A stretch of 64,000 bases of DNA from Azolla caroliniana (Eukaryota > Plantae > Polypodiophyta): the NCBI GenBank assembly GCA_043228905.1, contig JBHGNT010000007.1:2852001-2916000 (forward strand). The letters run 5' to 3'. How positions within the stretch are numbered: the stretch's first letter is position 1; each line of letters opens with the position of its first letter. The position numbers and the translations under genes are program-made. Under the pieces are notes generated by a model, which had not been told where the DNA came from, searched no databases, and saw only the letters and a list, made by a program, of their open reading frames with translations. This document shows positions 50,416-64,000 of the stretch, piece after piece.

Positions 50416-53400
50416 ATGTCTTTGTCGCCCATCCATAAGCCGCCTCCTCGCCTTCTCCTCCCGCCCTATACGAATTCGCCATCGCTGTCACCATCGCCAT
50501 CGCCATCCCAGAAGATTCCCGCCGCCGCCGCCGCCGCCTCCGCCTCCGCTGCCGCTTCGCAGAACTCCTGGGACCTCCCCACCACATCCTTCTCCTCCCC
50601 TGGATCCACCCCCCCTCCTATTACCTCCCACACCTCTGCAACTGAATCCCCTGTTCCCAACATTGCTCGCTCGGCTTCGGCTTCGGCATCGGCTTCTGCA
50701 TCGGCTTCGGTTTCGGCTGTGGCCACCACATCCCTATCCACTCCTCGCATCGGCAGCGGAAATCCTTCTTGCCACTCTCCTTCGGTCCCAGACCCAGAGC
50801 CGGACCTGGGCCCCAGCCCCAGCCCCGGCCCCGGCCCCAGCCCTGATGCGGAGCGGCCAAGAACCGTATTCATCCATGACCCCGACCGAACCCAGAACCT
50901 AAACGAAGAATGCAATGGCCAGCGCTACTCCGGCAACAAGGTCCGCACCAGCAAATACACCCCCCTCTCCTTCCTCCCCCGCAACCTCTTCGAGCAATTC
51001 CGCCGCCTCTCCTACCTCTACTTCCTCACCATCCTTTGCCTGAACCAAATCCCGCAGCTCGCCGTGTTCACACGCTACGCCTCGGCCGTCCCCCTCGGCT
51101 TCGTGCTCCTCCTCACGGCTGTCAAAGATGGCTACGAAGACTGGCGCAGGCATCGGTCGGACGAGAAAGAGAATAATCGTCTGGCGATGGTGCTTAACCG
51201 AGATGATGGAGAGTATATCCCCAAGCGATGGAAACACATAAGGGTTGGAGAAGTGGTTAAGGTACATGCACATGAGACCATACCATGTGACCTCCTCCTC
51301 CTTAAGACTAGTGATCCCAGTGGATTAGCTTATGTCCAAACCATCAATTTGGATGGAGAATCAAATCTAAAGACGAGATATGCCCGGCTTGAATTGGCTT
51401 CCCAATTTGAAATGACCTCCAAGCTCGACAAAAACTCCTCCCAATCATCCCAATCCTCCCATCATAATGACAATGACAATCGCAATCACAGTCACCACCA
51501 CCGCCATCATCATCATCCTATCATCTCCGGAAGAGTGATTTGTGAGAAGCCGAATCGGAACATATATGGCTTCACTGCTTATGTAGAGATTGATGGGAAA
51601 CAACAAATCCCTCTAGGACCCACCAATATCATCCTTCGAGGATGCGAGCTGAAAAACACTTCATGGACAATAGGAGTGGTAATATATGCTGGCCAAGAGA
51701 CAAAGGTAATGCTTAATAGTGCTGGGGCTCAATCGAAAAGAAGCAGATTAGAATCGAACATGAATAGAGAGACATTATGGTTATCGGTGTTTCTTCTTAT
51801 ATGTTGCCTTGTCTCAGGTCTTGGAATGGGACTTTGGCTTAATGCACACAAAGATGAGTTGCTACACCTTCCTTACTATGGGAAGACCAGTGAGAATTAC
51901 TATGGCTACTATGGTACTATTGGGGAGGCTTTGTTTGCGTTCTTGAGTAGTTTGATATCATTTCAAATCATGATACCCATCTCGTTATACATCTCGATGG
52001 AGTTGGTTCGGCTCGGCCAATCGTATTTCATGATCCATGATGTGGAGATGTATCATAGTGAGACAGATACTAGGTTCCAATGTAGAGATCTTAGCATCAA
52101 CGAGGATCTTGGACAAATCAAGTATCTATTCTCGGACAAAACAGGGACCTTGACGGAGAACAAAATGGAGTTTCGGAACGCCAGTATATTCGGAGGAGAT
52201 TACACCCATGTCGGTTCCGGAAACAAGCTAGTTGATGTGATGAATGGTGTGTCTGTGTGAGGTTTCATAAGTTGTGTTGGGATCTTCTTATACTGCATTA
52301 ATATATATGTATATATAACCTGGTGGTGGCTTCTTCATGCTTTTATGACACAGAGATTTCTAATGTGGGGGAGATTTTGCGTAGTACTGTGTCGGATGGT
52401 GGCATGGGAAGGGCCGTAATACTGGATTACTTCCTCACACTTGCAGCTTGTAACACGGTTGTTCCCACCAAAGTGGAGACCGATACATCTAATTTGGGTA
52501 CTCTAGAATTGGAGATAACTGAACTCGGATCAACTGATGATTGTTTCACATGGGAGTATCAGAGTGAATCTCCGGACGAGCAAGCACTTGTTTCGGCTGC
52601 GGCTTCTTATGGATTTAGGTTACTATCGCGGACATCTAATCACCTTGTCATCGATATCCGTGGAGAATCACAAAAGTAAGCAAAACAATTAAGCCCCCAT
52701 CTTGAATGTATGCATGTGTAAACCTTGATTCCAATCATTTAATGATTGTGTACCTTTCTCCACTCTCCTCCTCAGATGTACCTTGTAATGATTTCTATAT
52801 ATTTATTCTCTCCGTCTCTGCCGTGTAAAATGAATGAATGGCTTTCATCTTTCGTTAGTTAATTTCATCCTCTTTTCTTCCACTGTAGGCATGTAAAGCT
52901 TTGCCTTCATCTTGTTAGTGTTTCTCTGTTTCATTGGGGATTGGATTGCCATTTTTGGCAACTGAGCTAGTCAGGACTTGATACCGATTACCTATGACAT
53001 AACACAGAAATAACCTGAATATCTCAGACAACCAACCCCCGTTATGCTTCTATGGGTTAACCTTAGACGATGCCTCCTGATATCTTTTACTTTTTCTCTT
53101 TTGTATGAATGCCCATGAGAAGGTTTGAAGTTCTAGGCATGCACGAATTTGATAGTAACCGGAAGTGTATGTCGGTAGTGCTCAAGTGTCCTGATGGGTC
53201 CACCAAGGTGTTTGTTAAAGGCGCCGACAGCACTGTGCTGAACAAGATCAAACATGCAAAAGGCAACGCTGAAATAGAAGAGGAACAGCAATCAAATGTT
53301 CTGCTCAAAACACAAATTCATCTAGCTCAGTATTCTGAACAAGGGCTGCGGACTCTTGTGGTTGCTGCCCGCGAGCTTAGTATTACTGACCTGAATCATT

Positions 53401-55446
53401 GGAAAAGACTGTATGGAAAAGCAAATGCTTCTCTAAAGGATCGGCAACACCTCCTTAACGAGGCTGCACAAGTAATCGAGAAAGATCTTACACTTCTAGG
53501 AGCGACAGGAATTGAGGATAAGTTACAAAAAGGCGTTCCGGATGCTATAGCCACACTACGTGAGGCAGGAATAAAGATTTGGGTGTTAACTGGAGACAAG
53601 CAAGAGACAGCGATATCGATTGGCCATTCATGTGCATTGCTAACGAATGATATGAAGAAAATAATCATTAATGAGAGCGAAAAGGACAGGTGCCTAGCTG
53701 CCCTTCGAAATGCGAGGGCAACATATGTTTTACCTTATGAGAATAGGGCAAAATATGAAATATTAAGTGGTTCAGTTGAGTTGACTTGCTCGGAAAAATG
53801 GAAGAGACAATCTGATTCGGTGCCCATATACAACGAATTGAGAAGTAACCAAGAAAGAGAGATGGAAGGCTCACAAGGAACGTGCTGCATGCTCGCACTT
53901 ATTATTGATGGAAACAGCCTCGTCCATGCCCTTGAACCAGACTTAGAGCAAGAGGTGCTGTTGCTAACCGATATGTCTTTTTAAGGAGTTTCTAATGATT
54001 CAATGTGAATCACGTATATTGTCTTTAAGGCTCGTACATATGTAAGGCCAACATTGGTGCTTGCTTTTGCAGCTTTACGATCTTGCAACAGCATGTCGAG
54101 TTGTTATTTGCTGCCGTGTCGCACCACTTCAGAAGGCTGGCATTGTATCTTTAGTCAAGCGTAAATCCGGAGAGATGACATTGGCGATTGGAGACGGTAT
54201 GCTCCAGGTTTAAAGAGCTTCAGAAAATGTGTCCCACATTTATAGAATATTTTTTCTTCTCATGGACATGGAATTGCATTGTAGGAGCAAATGATGTGTC
54301 GATGATTCAAATGGCAGATGTAGGAGTGGGTATCAGTGGACAAGAAGGACGGCAAGCGGTGTTAGCATCAGATTTTGCCCTTGGCCAATTTAGGTTCTTA
54401 AAACGCCTGTTGCTTGTCCATGGGCGTTTGAATTATCAGCGATTGGGTTCCATGGTGCTTTACAACTTCTATCGAAATGCGGTTTTTATAATGCTCTTGT
54501 TCTGGTAAGCTACATATAAAATTCTTTTGATTTGCTAATGCTGACCAGAAATCATTCTGCATCTTTAAAAGAAACGTAGCTATCATCATAACTTTAATAT
54601 CATTATCAATTCCTACTTTAATGGTCTTGTCAGGTATATGTTATATTCCGCATTTTCGACATCCCCGGCAATAACGCAATGGAGCCTAGTACTATACTCA
54701 ATTATATATACCTCTGTTCCAACTATCATTGTGGCAATACTGGATCGAGATCTTGATCCCATAACATTGCTGAGGTACCCGCCTCTCTATAAGGGTGGAC
54801 AAAATGACGAGAGCTACAATAAGATGATTTTCTGGCTAACGATGCTTGACACACTCTGGCAAAGTATGATCCTTTTCTATGTGCCTTATTTAACTTACAA
54901 GGGAGGTGATATTGATATATGGAGCATTGGTAGTGTTTGGATTATATCAGTTGTTGTTCTTGTTAATGTGCATCTCGGGATGGATGTCCAACACTTCACT
55001 TGGATTACTCATCTTGTGCTCTGGGGCTCTATAGCTGCAACATATGTCTGCATTATTGTGCTTGATGTTGTCAATGACGAAAATCAAGATCATTACTGGT
55101 ATGACATTGGTCCACCATTTTTTAAAACTCTTTTATCTATTTTTTCCACTTACACTGTACTTTACTCTTAATATCTATAACAGCTTTCTGTTCTTTTCTT
55201 TGTTGATTTTAGCCATTATCTCTCATATACGGTACACTGATCTGTTGTAGGGTTATCTTTCATGTGGCTTCAAGAGCTTCTTATTGGCTTAATATTGTGT
55301 TGATTGTCATACTTGCATTGCTTCCGCGTTTTGTTATCAAAATGATCAGACAGATGTTTAAACCATCAGATGCTCAAATTGTCCGAGAGAATGAAATCCT
55401 TCTTAATGCGGATCGAAGTTCCATCTCATCATTAAAGAAAACGTAG
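50416..55446 (+). CDS. ALA1: P4-type ATPase phospholipid flippase, ALA1-like, 7 exons
   Basis: Inferred exons: 50416-52246, 52354-52675, 53123-53954, 54073-54196, 54285-54504, 54634-55098, 55251-55446. Motifs: [114 protein letters not shown] and GRQAV fit the ALA1 clade. Confidence 0.95.
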
Positions 55447-57894
55447 CCAAGTGATATAAGAGCTTAGTGTGTGACTTAACCCAACAAGTTATATAAAGTT
55501 GTTTCTCGCCCAGAAACTGAGCAGAATCTCATGAATTTATGTTGTCCAGGTATTGATTTTTTACATTCTTTTCGTCCAAACTTCCTGAATTGGTGCTTAA
55601 ATGGCGAGACAAATGTTAGTGATACTGAGTAACTATATGCACATTGCATTACATAGACACACAAAAAAATGTCATCGAAGCATATATGGTTGGGGTACAA
55701 CATCTTTAGAAAATAATGGATTGGATTCCATAAAGGGTACTTAGTATGAAAGGCTGGTTGTATATTCGGATTTTCCAGAAATTGTATTGTTACAGAGTCC
55801 TCACATCCAAAAGAGGCGTTACAATATTTGTTATTCAAAAAATTGTGTATCACACACATCCTTTATGTACAATGAATCAAATGTCTAATTAAATTGTAAT
55901 TATAAGGTGAAACGTACCAATTTTATTGTTAAAGAGTCTCAAAATTCCCGAATTCTACAAAAATAATGCCAGCAGTAATAATTTTGTCCTAATTTTAAAC
56001 ATGTCATCTTAGCCAGCATGCAGATATATAGGGGGTTATGGTTGCCGTCTAGGTAAAAATTCAAGTAAAGAAGGTAAGTTGTATTTTTTGAGCTATCCAA
56101 CTCAATTTCACTATCGCATCCTAGATAGGAAAATAGAAGAATTGTTGAGGTGTAATTCTCAATGGTGCACAAAATGACCAAGCATTTTAAATGATGTATA
56201 TTTGAATGTTGACGTAGAATTTAGACAGTTCAAAGACGTGAACTGTCCAGTAAATCTCAACATGAGAACCTTAAATTGTACAAACAGTAAAATGCTTGTA
56301 TATAAACATTTTGAAATATGTTTATCATACTAAGATCAATTTTAACTTAGAAAGAATATCTTAAATCTTAAACTTACACAGTGTTGAATGCGGAACATGC
56401 AAATAAGGCCAATGCTCTCAAGATAGGAGACTTAGATACTTCAAACAATAACAACTCTTTGTCATCACTCGAATTTGTTTTATTAGCAAGCCATTGCTGA
56501 CTGTCTTTTGCATTGAATGGTTAGAGAGGAGGTGTGGATGATATATATGGTTCCACAAGGATATGTCAACGATGTAGATTTTTTCTGGCCTATGCCATAC
56601 GATTAACAGCATATGTTGCAAGAAGTTACATATGTTTTTCGTAAATTTGCTCTTATGCAAGTGTTTGCTGCTTATCTTGTAAGCTCTTAGATTATGCATG
56701 TAGTTAAAGCCTAGACCTAGAAGTTTTCACATCATGAAGTAGCACGCGACCAAAAAAAACAAAAGTTATAGAAGAAAGGTAAGATTGTATAGTATAAGGT
56801 AATGTTAGTATTTTTTATGCATATACATTAACTACATTAGCAGTAGGGATTAGTTGGAAGGATTACAATGTCCTTTATATGTTGTGGTAGTTTACACCTT
56901 GATCACTTGTAATATGTGCATGGAGGATGAGCTATAGAGTCTTTTTCCTTGAAGTGAATATGGATAGTTGAAGAATAAGACTCACCTTCCACATGTTTTT
57001 TAGATATGCTTTGAGTGATACTTTAAGAATTATGTTGTGGAATGTTTTCATTATGTTAGCGAAAATGTATTAGCCAAAATTCATTTTTCATTATGTTAGG
57101 CTTTCATGTTTATTGTAGTGGATCACAAAGTCATGGCGCATGTCCAGGTATTATAAGCTCTTACTTCAACCTTCATTAAGTTTTCTTACATGTGAAAAGA
57201 AAGCTAAATACTTGATTTCGATCAGGCTCCTTCATTTGCTACATGCATTATATGCAACCGAATAAGATGCATAACCCATCTTTCATTAGTTCCCCTTGCT
57301 GATATCAAATTGGAACATCAATTCCATTGGACACTGAAAGTCATTGTTCAAAATCCAAGCGTATCAACATTGATCGATGTTCAGATTTAATTTAGGATTT
57401 GTCATGTTCTCTTCTTGGATATTGGTTCATGAAATAGCCAATGCTTCAGATGTATGTCCCCTTGGATATGTTACCAGCAATTGGAGGATTGTATTCTTAA
57501 TTTATGAAGATCTTCACAGAAGAGTAATGTACTTTATTGTGACAGTATATGAGGGTGATGCTGAACTGTCTTGAGAAGCATCACAAGTGCTCCTATTGTT
57601 ATTAATTATACAACTTCGTTTTGTTTTGTTTTGTTTTGTTTTGAAGTAGATCACAATTGTTCTCTCATGGAAATTAAAAATATATCTAACTCTCACCTCT
57701 CTCTCTATATGTATATACATACAACGAATAGTAAGCACTCTGCAAAAAGAATGAAATTTTCTTAGAGAACATAGCATACATTGTTTTCATTTACAATGAT
57801 AAAATTGGTGCGAGCATTAAGGAACTTAATGCACATATTGCTTGGGAAAAAAAACAATCATAACTACAAGTTACGAAACATTAGTCATGAAGAT

Positions 57895-60800
57895 TTAAGC
57901 AAGGTATTTCTCAAGTTTCTCAACTTCCTCTGTGCTTCCAACATATAGTGGGACTCTTTGATGGACCTATTTGCCAAGAAAATTCAATAAGCTAGATGAA
58001 ACATTTGATCAACTAATGAAAAATGATATCAAAAAAACTTAGTGATAGTTATTAACTAGTTAACTATCATGATAGTTGGGATAGTTATTATAATCTGGTA
58101 TTGTTGCACTTGCATACTTATTATACACTTGTTTTGTGCACATGAAAGGTATTGTTGGAATTCTCATGTGTTTGTTTGAAGTCCAAAACCACCACAGGCC
58201 ATAGAGTTGGGTTTGTTAGTGAAAAATATGATTGTTTTGGTTGAATTTCCTTTAATATTCTCAACCATTGTGATTTCTCTATCATCTCCATGTAATTATG
58301 ATTTTGTTGGTTTGTTTCATACTCTGCAATGTCATGAGTTAATAAGGGAATTGACCCAACAAATACGGATTTTGTTTACTGTTATGAATGTCCAAAGCCA
58401 ATGTATGAAATAGAACATATGTTTTACACCCTCATCTCTTTTATGCTCCCTGGGGTGCACACTTTCAAATCTTTGTTTACCTGGTTCTAATAAGCTACTT
58501 GACATATCTCCCTTCTATGAATGGTATGGGGTGAACAAGAGGTTTAGGGATAGAAAGAAATAAAGGAATAACTTCTTTTATTTCTAGGGGAGGCCAAAAC
58601 CAATCTATGAAACAAAACATGAAAAATTTGTGCATCCTCTTTGGTATTGAGAGAGAGAGAGATAGAGAAAGGACGCACCTGTTCAGGCTGGATATCAAGG
58701 ACACGGCGAGAGCCATCAGAACCCTTGCCACCAGCTTGCTCAGCCAAGAAGCTCATGGGGGCACACTCATAGAGGAGACGGAGCTTGCCATTCTTGCTCT
58801 TCTTGTCAGCCGGATATCCGTAAATGCCACCGTAAAGTAGTGTGCGGTGAAAGTCGCCAACGAGGCTACCGATGTAACGAGCAGAATATGGCTTACCAGA
58901 GGGTCCTGGGACCTTGAGGTCATCGATGTACTTGCGGAGCTTGTCATCCCAAAGTTGGTAGTTTCCCTCATTGAAGGAGTAGATGGAACCAGAGCTTGGG
59001 ACCTTGATATTGTTGTGGGTCAATACGAACTCTCCGTACAATGGGTCAAGGGTAAATCCATACACACCTTTACCCACAGTTAGCACCATTATCACTGAGC
59101 TTGAGTACATGCAATAACCTGCGGCCAATAGATTCGACCCCGGTTGGCACACATTTACGATGCAATTTTGGGCTTGTTGGTCCAGCTGCTGATATAATCA
59201 TATAAATGTCACCTAATTAGCATCCCCAAATATGGATGTGAAATCGATTTTATCAAGGACCTACACCAACAACACTTGCTTTCATAAATCTACATGCATG
59301 ATTATACTAATGTGTCGTGACGCGATCAGTAGAGTGTTGTGATTCTGGTATTATTTCAAATGTATTAAGGATGCTTACACGGCATAAAATGGTTCATTGC
59401 GTGAAATGTAGAGGAGACAGTTTCTCCACGTTTGATGGACATGTCCTTTATGTGTTAGCAATACCTTTTGTTTTTCAAACTTGATAGATGTTACATATTT
59501 CTTAGATTTCTGGACAATCTGAACCACCTACAGGTAACCAAAAGGATTATCACAAACCCTAGTTCATTTGGTTGCTCCCAAGTGAAATATCCTCCTCATA
59601 TTCAAAGTCATTAGTGTTATACATGCTCATGATTGGTTAGGACCAGCTTAAATTCAATTTCGGGCCAATTGGAGATGCCTGGTTCAAGTAACTTTGAGTT
59701 GAAGACCATCACATTGTGTTTGAATCCCAATCACACATGAGTCGAGGTGGATCATATCCACAAAGTCAAGTTACGTTCAATCACATCATCATTTGTAATA
59801 GATTCCCCAATGGGAATGCATTTTCTTAATTTAGAACGAGCAATTTCCCATCAAAAGGTTCCTAAAAACTATAGTCCAATCTATCAAAATGCAAGAAGAG
59901 CCCAATGCTCTCTTATGTTTTCTGACAATGGTCAACATTCATCTGAGCTCTTGCAAGTGAGGGTGCATTAGATCACCTGGTTATTGGTCGGGCCCTGAAC
60001 CCCCAGGGATGTCCCCCCATGAAATCTTGCCTATAAAACCCATAATGCTTGGTCCTAATCCTACAAAAGCTTATAATCACTAGATCCTACAAAAGGAAGT
60101 GTGCCTACAAAAACATGATATTAGATCCTACAAAAGGAAGTGTGCCTACAAAAACATGATATTAGATCCTACAAAAGGAAGTGTGGTGTTTAAGTCCTAA
60201 CCTACAAAAACATGTCAGATAATCATAGTGCAAGAACTTCTGAGACTTATCGTGTTTAAAAGAAACAATTTACCGCAGAGTCCTCGTCATCGATATTGAC
60301 AAGGCATTCCTCGGTGGGTTTGTAGATACCGAAGATGGAGCCGGTGGAGACGGCAGCATCGATGTTGGAAGAGCCATCGAGTGGATCAAACACCACCACA
60401 TAATTTCCCGAATAGCTCTCCTCGACAGCAACAGGTGTATCCTCCTCCTCCGAGGCTATGATACCTGTCCTTCCGCTACTCCGGAGACAACTGCTGAAGA
60501 CCTCATTCGACACGACATCGAGCTTCTTTTGATCCTCCCCTTGCACATTCACTGCGCCTCCCTGAAGCCCAGTGAGATTCGATATCCCAGCGCGTTGGAC
60601 TAGAGACGCGATCTGTTTGCAAGCCAGCGAGATGCTTGACAACACGATCGTGAGCTCGTTATCGATAACACCCTTCTGCTCTTCCTTCAATAGCCAACCT
60701 GTCAAAGTCTGTATATCGTATTGGTTACCGCTCTTCTTCTTCAATGCAGCCTCCTTGATCTCATCCGTGGTACTTACGGCCGCGGAACGGATGCTCTTTA

Positions 60801-60948
60801 CGGATGCCGGACACATGGGTGGTTTCAAAGCACTGCCATTGCTGGCACTTGGATGCTTCCACACTCCATGGAATGCCGAGGAAACCAGTGATGACTTCGA
60901 CGATGAGAGTTGTGTCGAAGCGAATGCGGCAGTGGATGTGATTGCCAT
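57895..60948 (-). CDS. CFBP1: Chloroplast fructose-1,6-bisphosphatase (redox-regulated, cpFBPase1/CFBP1-type)
   Basis: Inferred exons: 60948-60274, 59188 (or 59185)-58679, 57966-57895 (TAA). Ser/Ala-rich transit peptide. NVQGEDQKKLDVVSNEVF, ASEEED, FDPLDGSSNID; regulatory loop EECL...NCIVNVCQPG; YSARYIGSLVGDFHRTLLYGG, KLRLLYECAPM, HQRVPLYVGS. Confidence 0.96.
60081..60185. repeat. 41-bp minisatellite (about 2.5 copies) in FBPase intron 1
   Basis: tagatcctacaaaaggaagtgtgcctacaaaaacatgatat repeated. Confidence 0.88.
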
Positions 60949-61129
60949 AGCTCTTCTACTTTCTTGCTCTACTCTGCACCACTCTCCTTCTTTCTTTCTT
61001 CTAATGTTTCTTCCTTTTAGACTATCATCTCTTTGGTGGCATATCCACTGGGGGGCATCAGTCTCTTCTCCTTCTTCTTCTTTCTTCTTTCTTCTTTTTG
61101 TGGTTGCAATTCATGCCTCAATCTATCCA

Positions 61130-61133
<4 letters not shown>

Positions 61134-61174
<41 letters not shown>

Positions 61175-61200
61175 GCAAAAGCACACAATTGGCCACAATG

Positions 61201-61247
<47 letters not shown>
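61134..61247. repeat. Two (CT)n microsatellites upstream of the FBPase start codon
   Basis: Visible runs at about 61134-61171 and 61204-61247. Confidence 0.9.
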
Positions 61248-61252
<5 letters not shown>

Positions 61253-62021
61253 CTTCTATAAATTTTGGTCTTTGTCATTCCTTTGCTTTCCTGAATCCTC
61301 ATTACATTTTTAACTTAAGAGTTCCCATTTTCTTCCCCTTTTTGTTTCCCATTCATTTTGATACCTCTTCTATTGGATCGGGTGCGGATTCAAAATTCTA
61401 CCGTGCTTTGCCCTACATACAACAACACATTAAATCAAAATAGGTTCATGAGGATTCACATGACACTTGAGACTCAAAGCCAAAAAGGATCTTGAAGCCA
61501 CATGAGACCGAAAACATGGAAGGTTTGCACGGTTCGATATGATGTGAGAAGCAAAAAAACTAAACAAGTCTCGTAATTTCACATGAGAATGGACACAAAA
61601 AGGTTCTCAAAGGCTCACAAACAATAAAGCTAAATATGAATTGGGGTGCTCAGCTCAATGGGGAAGAAAAAATTTCTAACGTTCACACATGATCATGCAA
61701 AACAATTAAACCCTTAGGAACTCACTAGAGATTGAAGTAAAAATGTTCTCGACACTCACATGATGCTGGAAGCAAAACTCCTAGATGCAAGCATAAGGTC
61801 AACTTCCTAAGGTTTCTTGCCCATAGGCATGAAAAAAGCCTCATATTTGTTTAGTAATTATTTAATTACTCTCATGTGATGACACAATTACAATACTTTT
61901 TGGAACACATCTATTTTGTGCCCTCCACTTTCCTTTATGTGAACCAAATTCTTTACTAAGGTAGTAAGTGATAAGGTTCTAAAGCAAAATGGGCCACATC
62001 TTTCACCCATACATCTTTGGC

Positions 62022-62297
62022 ACATCTAAAATGAGAAAAAGACATTCACTCTATCATGGGCATCAAGGCATTTAGAAATATTCTAGGAGAAGAATGATGA
62101 TATTACACCTCTCAAAGCTTCTAATCTCATTTGATATTGTGATTATTACAATTTACACCTCATTTGATATTGTGATTATTACATCTAAAATGAGAAAAAG
62201 ACATTCACTCTATCATGGGCATCAAGGCATTCAGAAATATTCTAGGAGAAGAATGATGATGTTATTACACCTCTCAAAGATTCTAATCTTATTTGAT
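62022..62297. repeat. Tandem duplication, period about 159 bp
   Basis: acatctaaaatgagaaaaagacattcactctatcatgggcatcaaggcat...tattctaggagaagaatgatgat occurs twice. Confidence 0.88.
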
Positions 62298-64000
62298 CAT
62301 TTGATATTCTGAAAATATGTAGAGCTTGAAAGATGTACTAAGAACATAACTTGCAAAGGCTCATTAAATAAACATTCTTTGTTGAATTATTCTTGAAGCA
62401 AACTCTATTATTGTGGTGTCCATAATAATCCGTTGCTCCCATTATGACCATATTATTTAGTGGCATAATCTTAGTGACCATTCTAAAGCTAATTTAATGG
62501 TTTACAAGTATGATAAATGGGAAACCAATAATCCTATGACTTGGAACAAACCCATAAGGACCTATGACAAGTGGGAACAAGTGGTAGTTTGAGAGCCTAT
62601 GATGTTAGACTATATAAATGGGACTAACTACCCTCTTCACGAAGACATCTTGACAAGGTTTGTAGACTTTATTGGTGAGACAAAGCTCTCTTCTTTCTAA
62701 CCATTCATCCCAACATTCAAGATATACAAAATGCATTATTTGTGACAAGGGATGCTAACGGTTTTATGTTGAGGGTGTGGTTAAGCACATTTAAATCATC
62801 CATTTCATAATCTAAATATTCATAAATTATCATTATCATTCCAATAATAAACCACTACTACCATTGCTTTGACTACAATAATCAGCAAGACAATGCTCTC
62901 CAACACATTAACTTTACATTGGTATCTCTTACAAGTACATAAAAAATGTCCTTTTAATATGGTCAACTAACCTCAAAATATACCAGCATTTCTATCCTTG
63001 TAAATACATTTGATAACTACCCCTACTCAAAATACAATATACATGGTTGATTGTAGTCGTTGACAAACCAATTTGTAAATTGATCTCTCATTATCAATCT
63101 TATTGACCATTATTTCCTGCTACCATGCTTTACTAGATTCTCTGCAGAATAATCTGTATTGAAAATTGTCCCATAATTTGATGAACTCTTATTTGTTTTA
63201 GATACCTTTCAAATCTATTTCCACAATAGTGCATCAATTTAAATGTATACTCATATCCAGTACCCTTAATGAATACAATCATAGTATAAACCATACGTAC
63301 CATATGTACATTTGCATTCAAGTATGGTAAACACCCTCTAAGTATGGTAAATACCATACTTTTGTGTTTATTATTTATTATAAGGCAAAACTTTTTCTAA
63401 GGTAAGAACATTAAGTTAAAAACTTTTAAAAAACCATACATATGTTTTCATAACACATGCATTCGTTTGCAAACGTAGGAAAAGAAAGTTTGCAAATGCA
63501 TTCGAGGATATTACATATTATGAATACAATTACAGTAGCGAATATTCAATGCATTCAAAGTTTGTTTTTCTTCCATTTGTCAATCATACCTGCACCCCAC
63601 TTTTTATGTTTTCAAAGAGGAAGCCAATAGACATCTTAATCAAATTACACAAAGCTAACAAAGCTTTGACGGTGAAGAAAAATATACAAGCCAAGTGTGC
63701 AATATAATCAAACCAATTCAAGAAAGGGTTCCTTCAAAATATACATGGAATTCAAGCTCATAAGATTTCATTGTTGCCAATTGTGCAACAGAAGAAGACT
63801 TTCCTTTTGAATAAATGTAGAAAACAGCAGACTTATGGAGAAGTCATGCAACCATATTAAAAAAAGTTGATGATTCTAACAATAATCACAAACACTAACA
63901 TTAGAAACAAGGAAATATGACAGCAATTTCCTCATCAATATTAAGTTGCATCCGTATGAGATTATTGTCTAAAAAAGGATACTAAAGACATAATATTTTA

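Noticed and set aside
50223-51273. Several long antisense or alternate-frame ORFs over ALA1 exon 1 (also 60572-61201 over FBPase)
   Set aside because: Shadow ORFs caused by high GC and microsatellites opposite real coding sequence.
60081-60185. Short tandem arrays here and at 16521, 17717 and 23236 as CRISPR-like arrays
   Set aside because: Head-to-tail repeats without unique spacers, no cas genes, and a eukaryotic context.

Overview
Eukaryotic nuclear DNA from a land plant: AT-rich intergenic DNA, spliceosomal introns, (GA)n/(CT)n leaders. A seed-free plant such as a fern is plausible, but that is inference only. Five intron-containing genes can be reconstructed by hand: (1) the 3' part of a divergent callose synthase (GSL/CalS, +, ends 10842); (2) a 5-exon type III (SUT4/SUC4-like) sucrose/H+ symporter (-, 12575-15012); (3) a PRT1-like RING-RING-ZZ N-recognin E3 ligase (+, 31013-36454); (4) an ALA1-like P4-ATPase phospholipid flippase (+, 50416-55446); (5) a chloroplast, thioredoxin-regulated fructose-1,6-bisphosphatase (-, 57895-60948). 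Introns and intergenic DNA carry decayed retroelements: three LINE families (several with readable target-site duplications, TSDs), an integrase-deleted Copia, Gypsy gag/protease remnants, solo LTRs with 5-bp TSDs and a short LTR-gag-LTR element. I found no clear new multi-gene system. The best leads are protein-level oddities: a Met-Cys start and a His-to-Glu RING2 ligand change in the PRT1-like ligase, loss of the TGRGF motif in the callose synthase, and a NAGNAG acceptor inside the FBPase redox loop. Odd repeated target sites at LINE junctions also deserve a look. All exon coordinates are manual inferences without transcript evidence.
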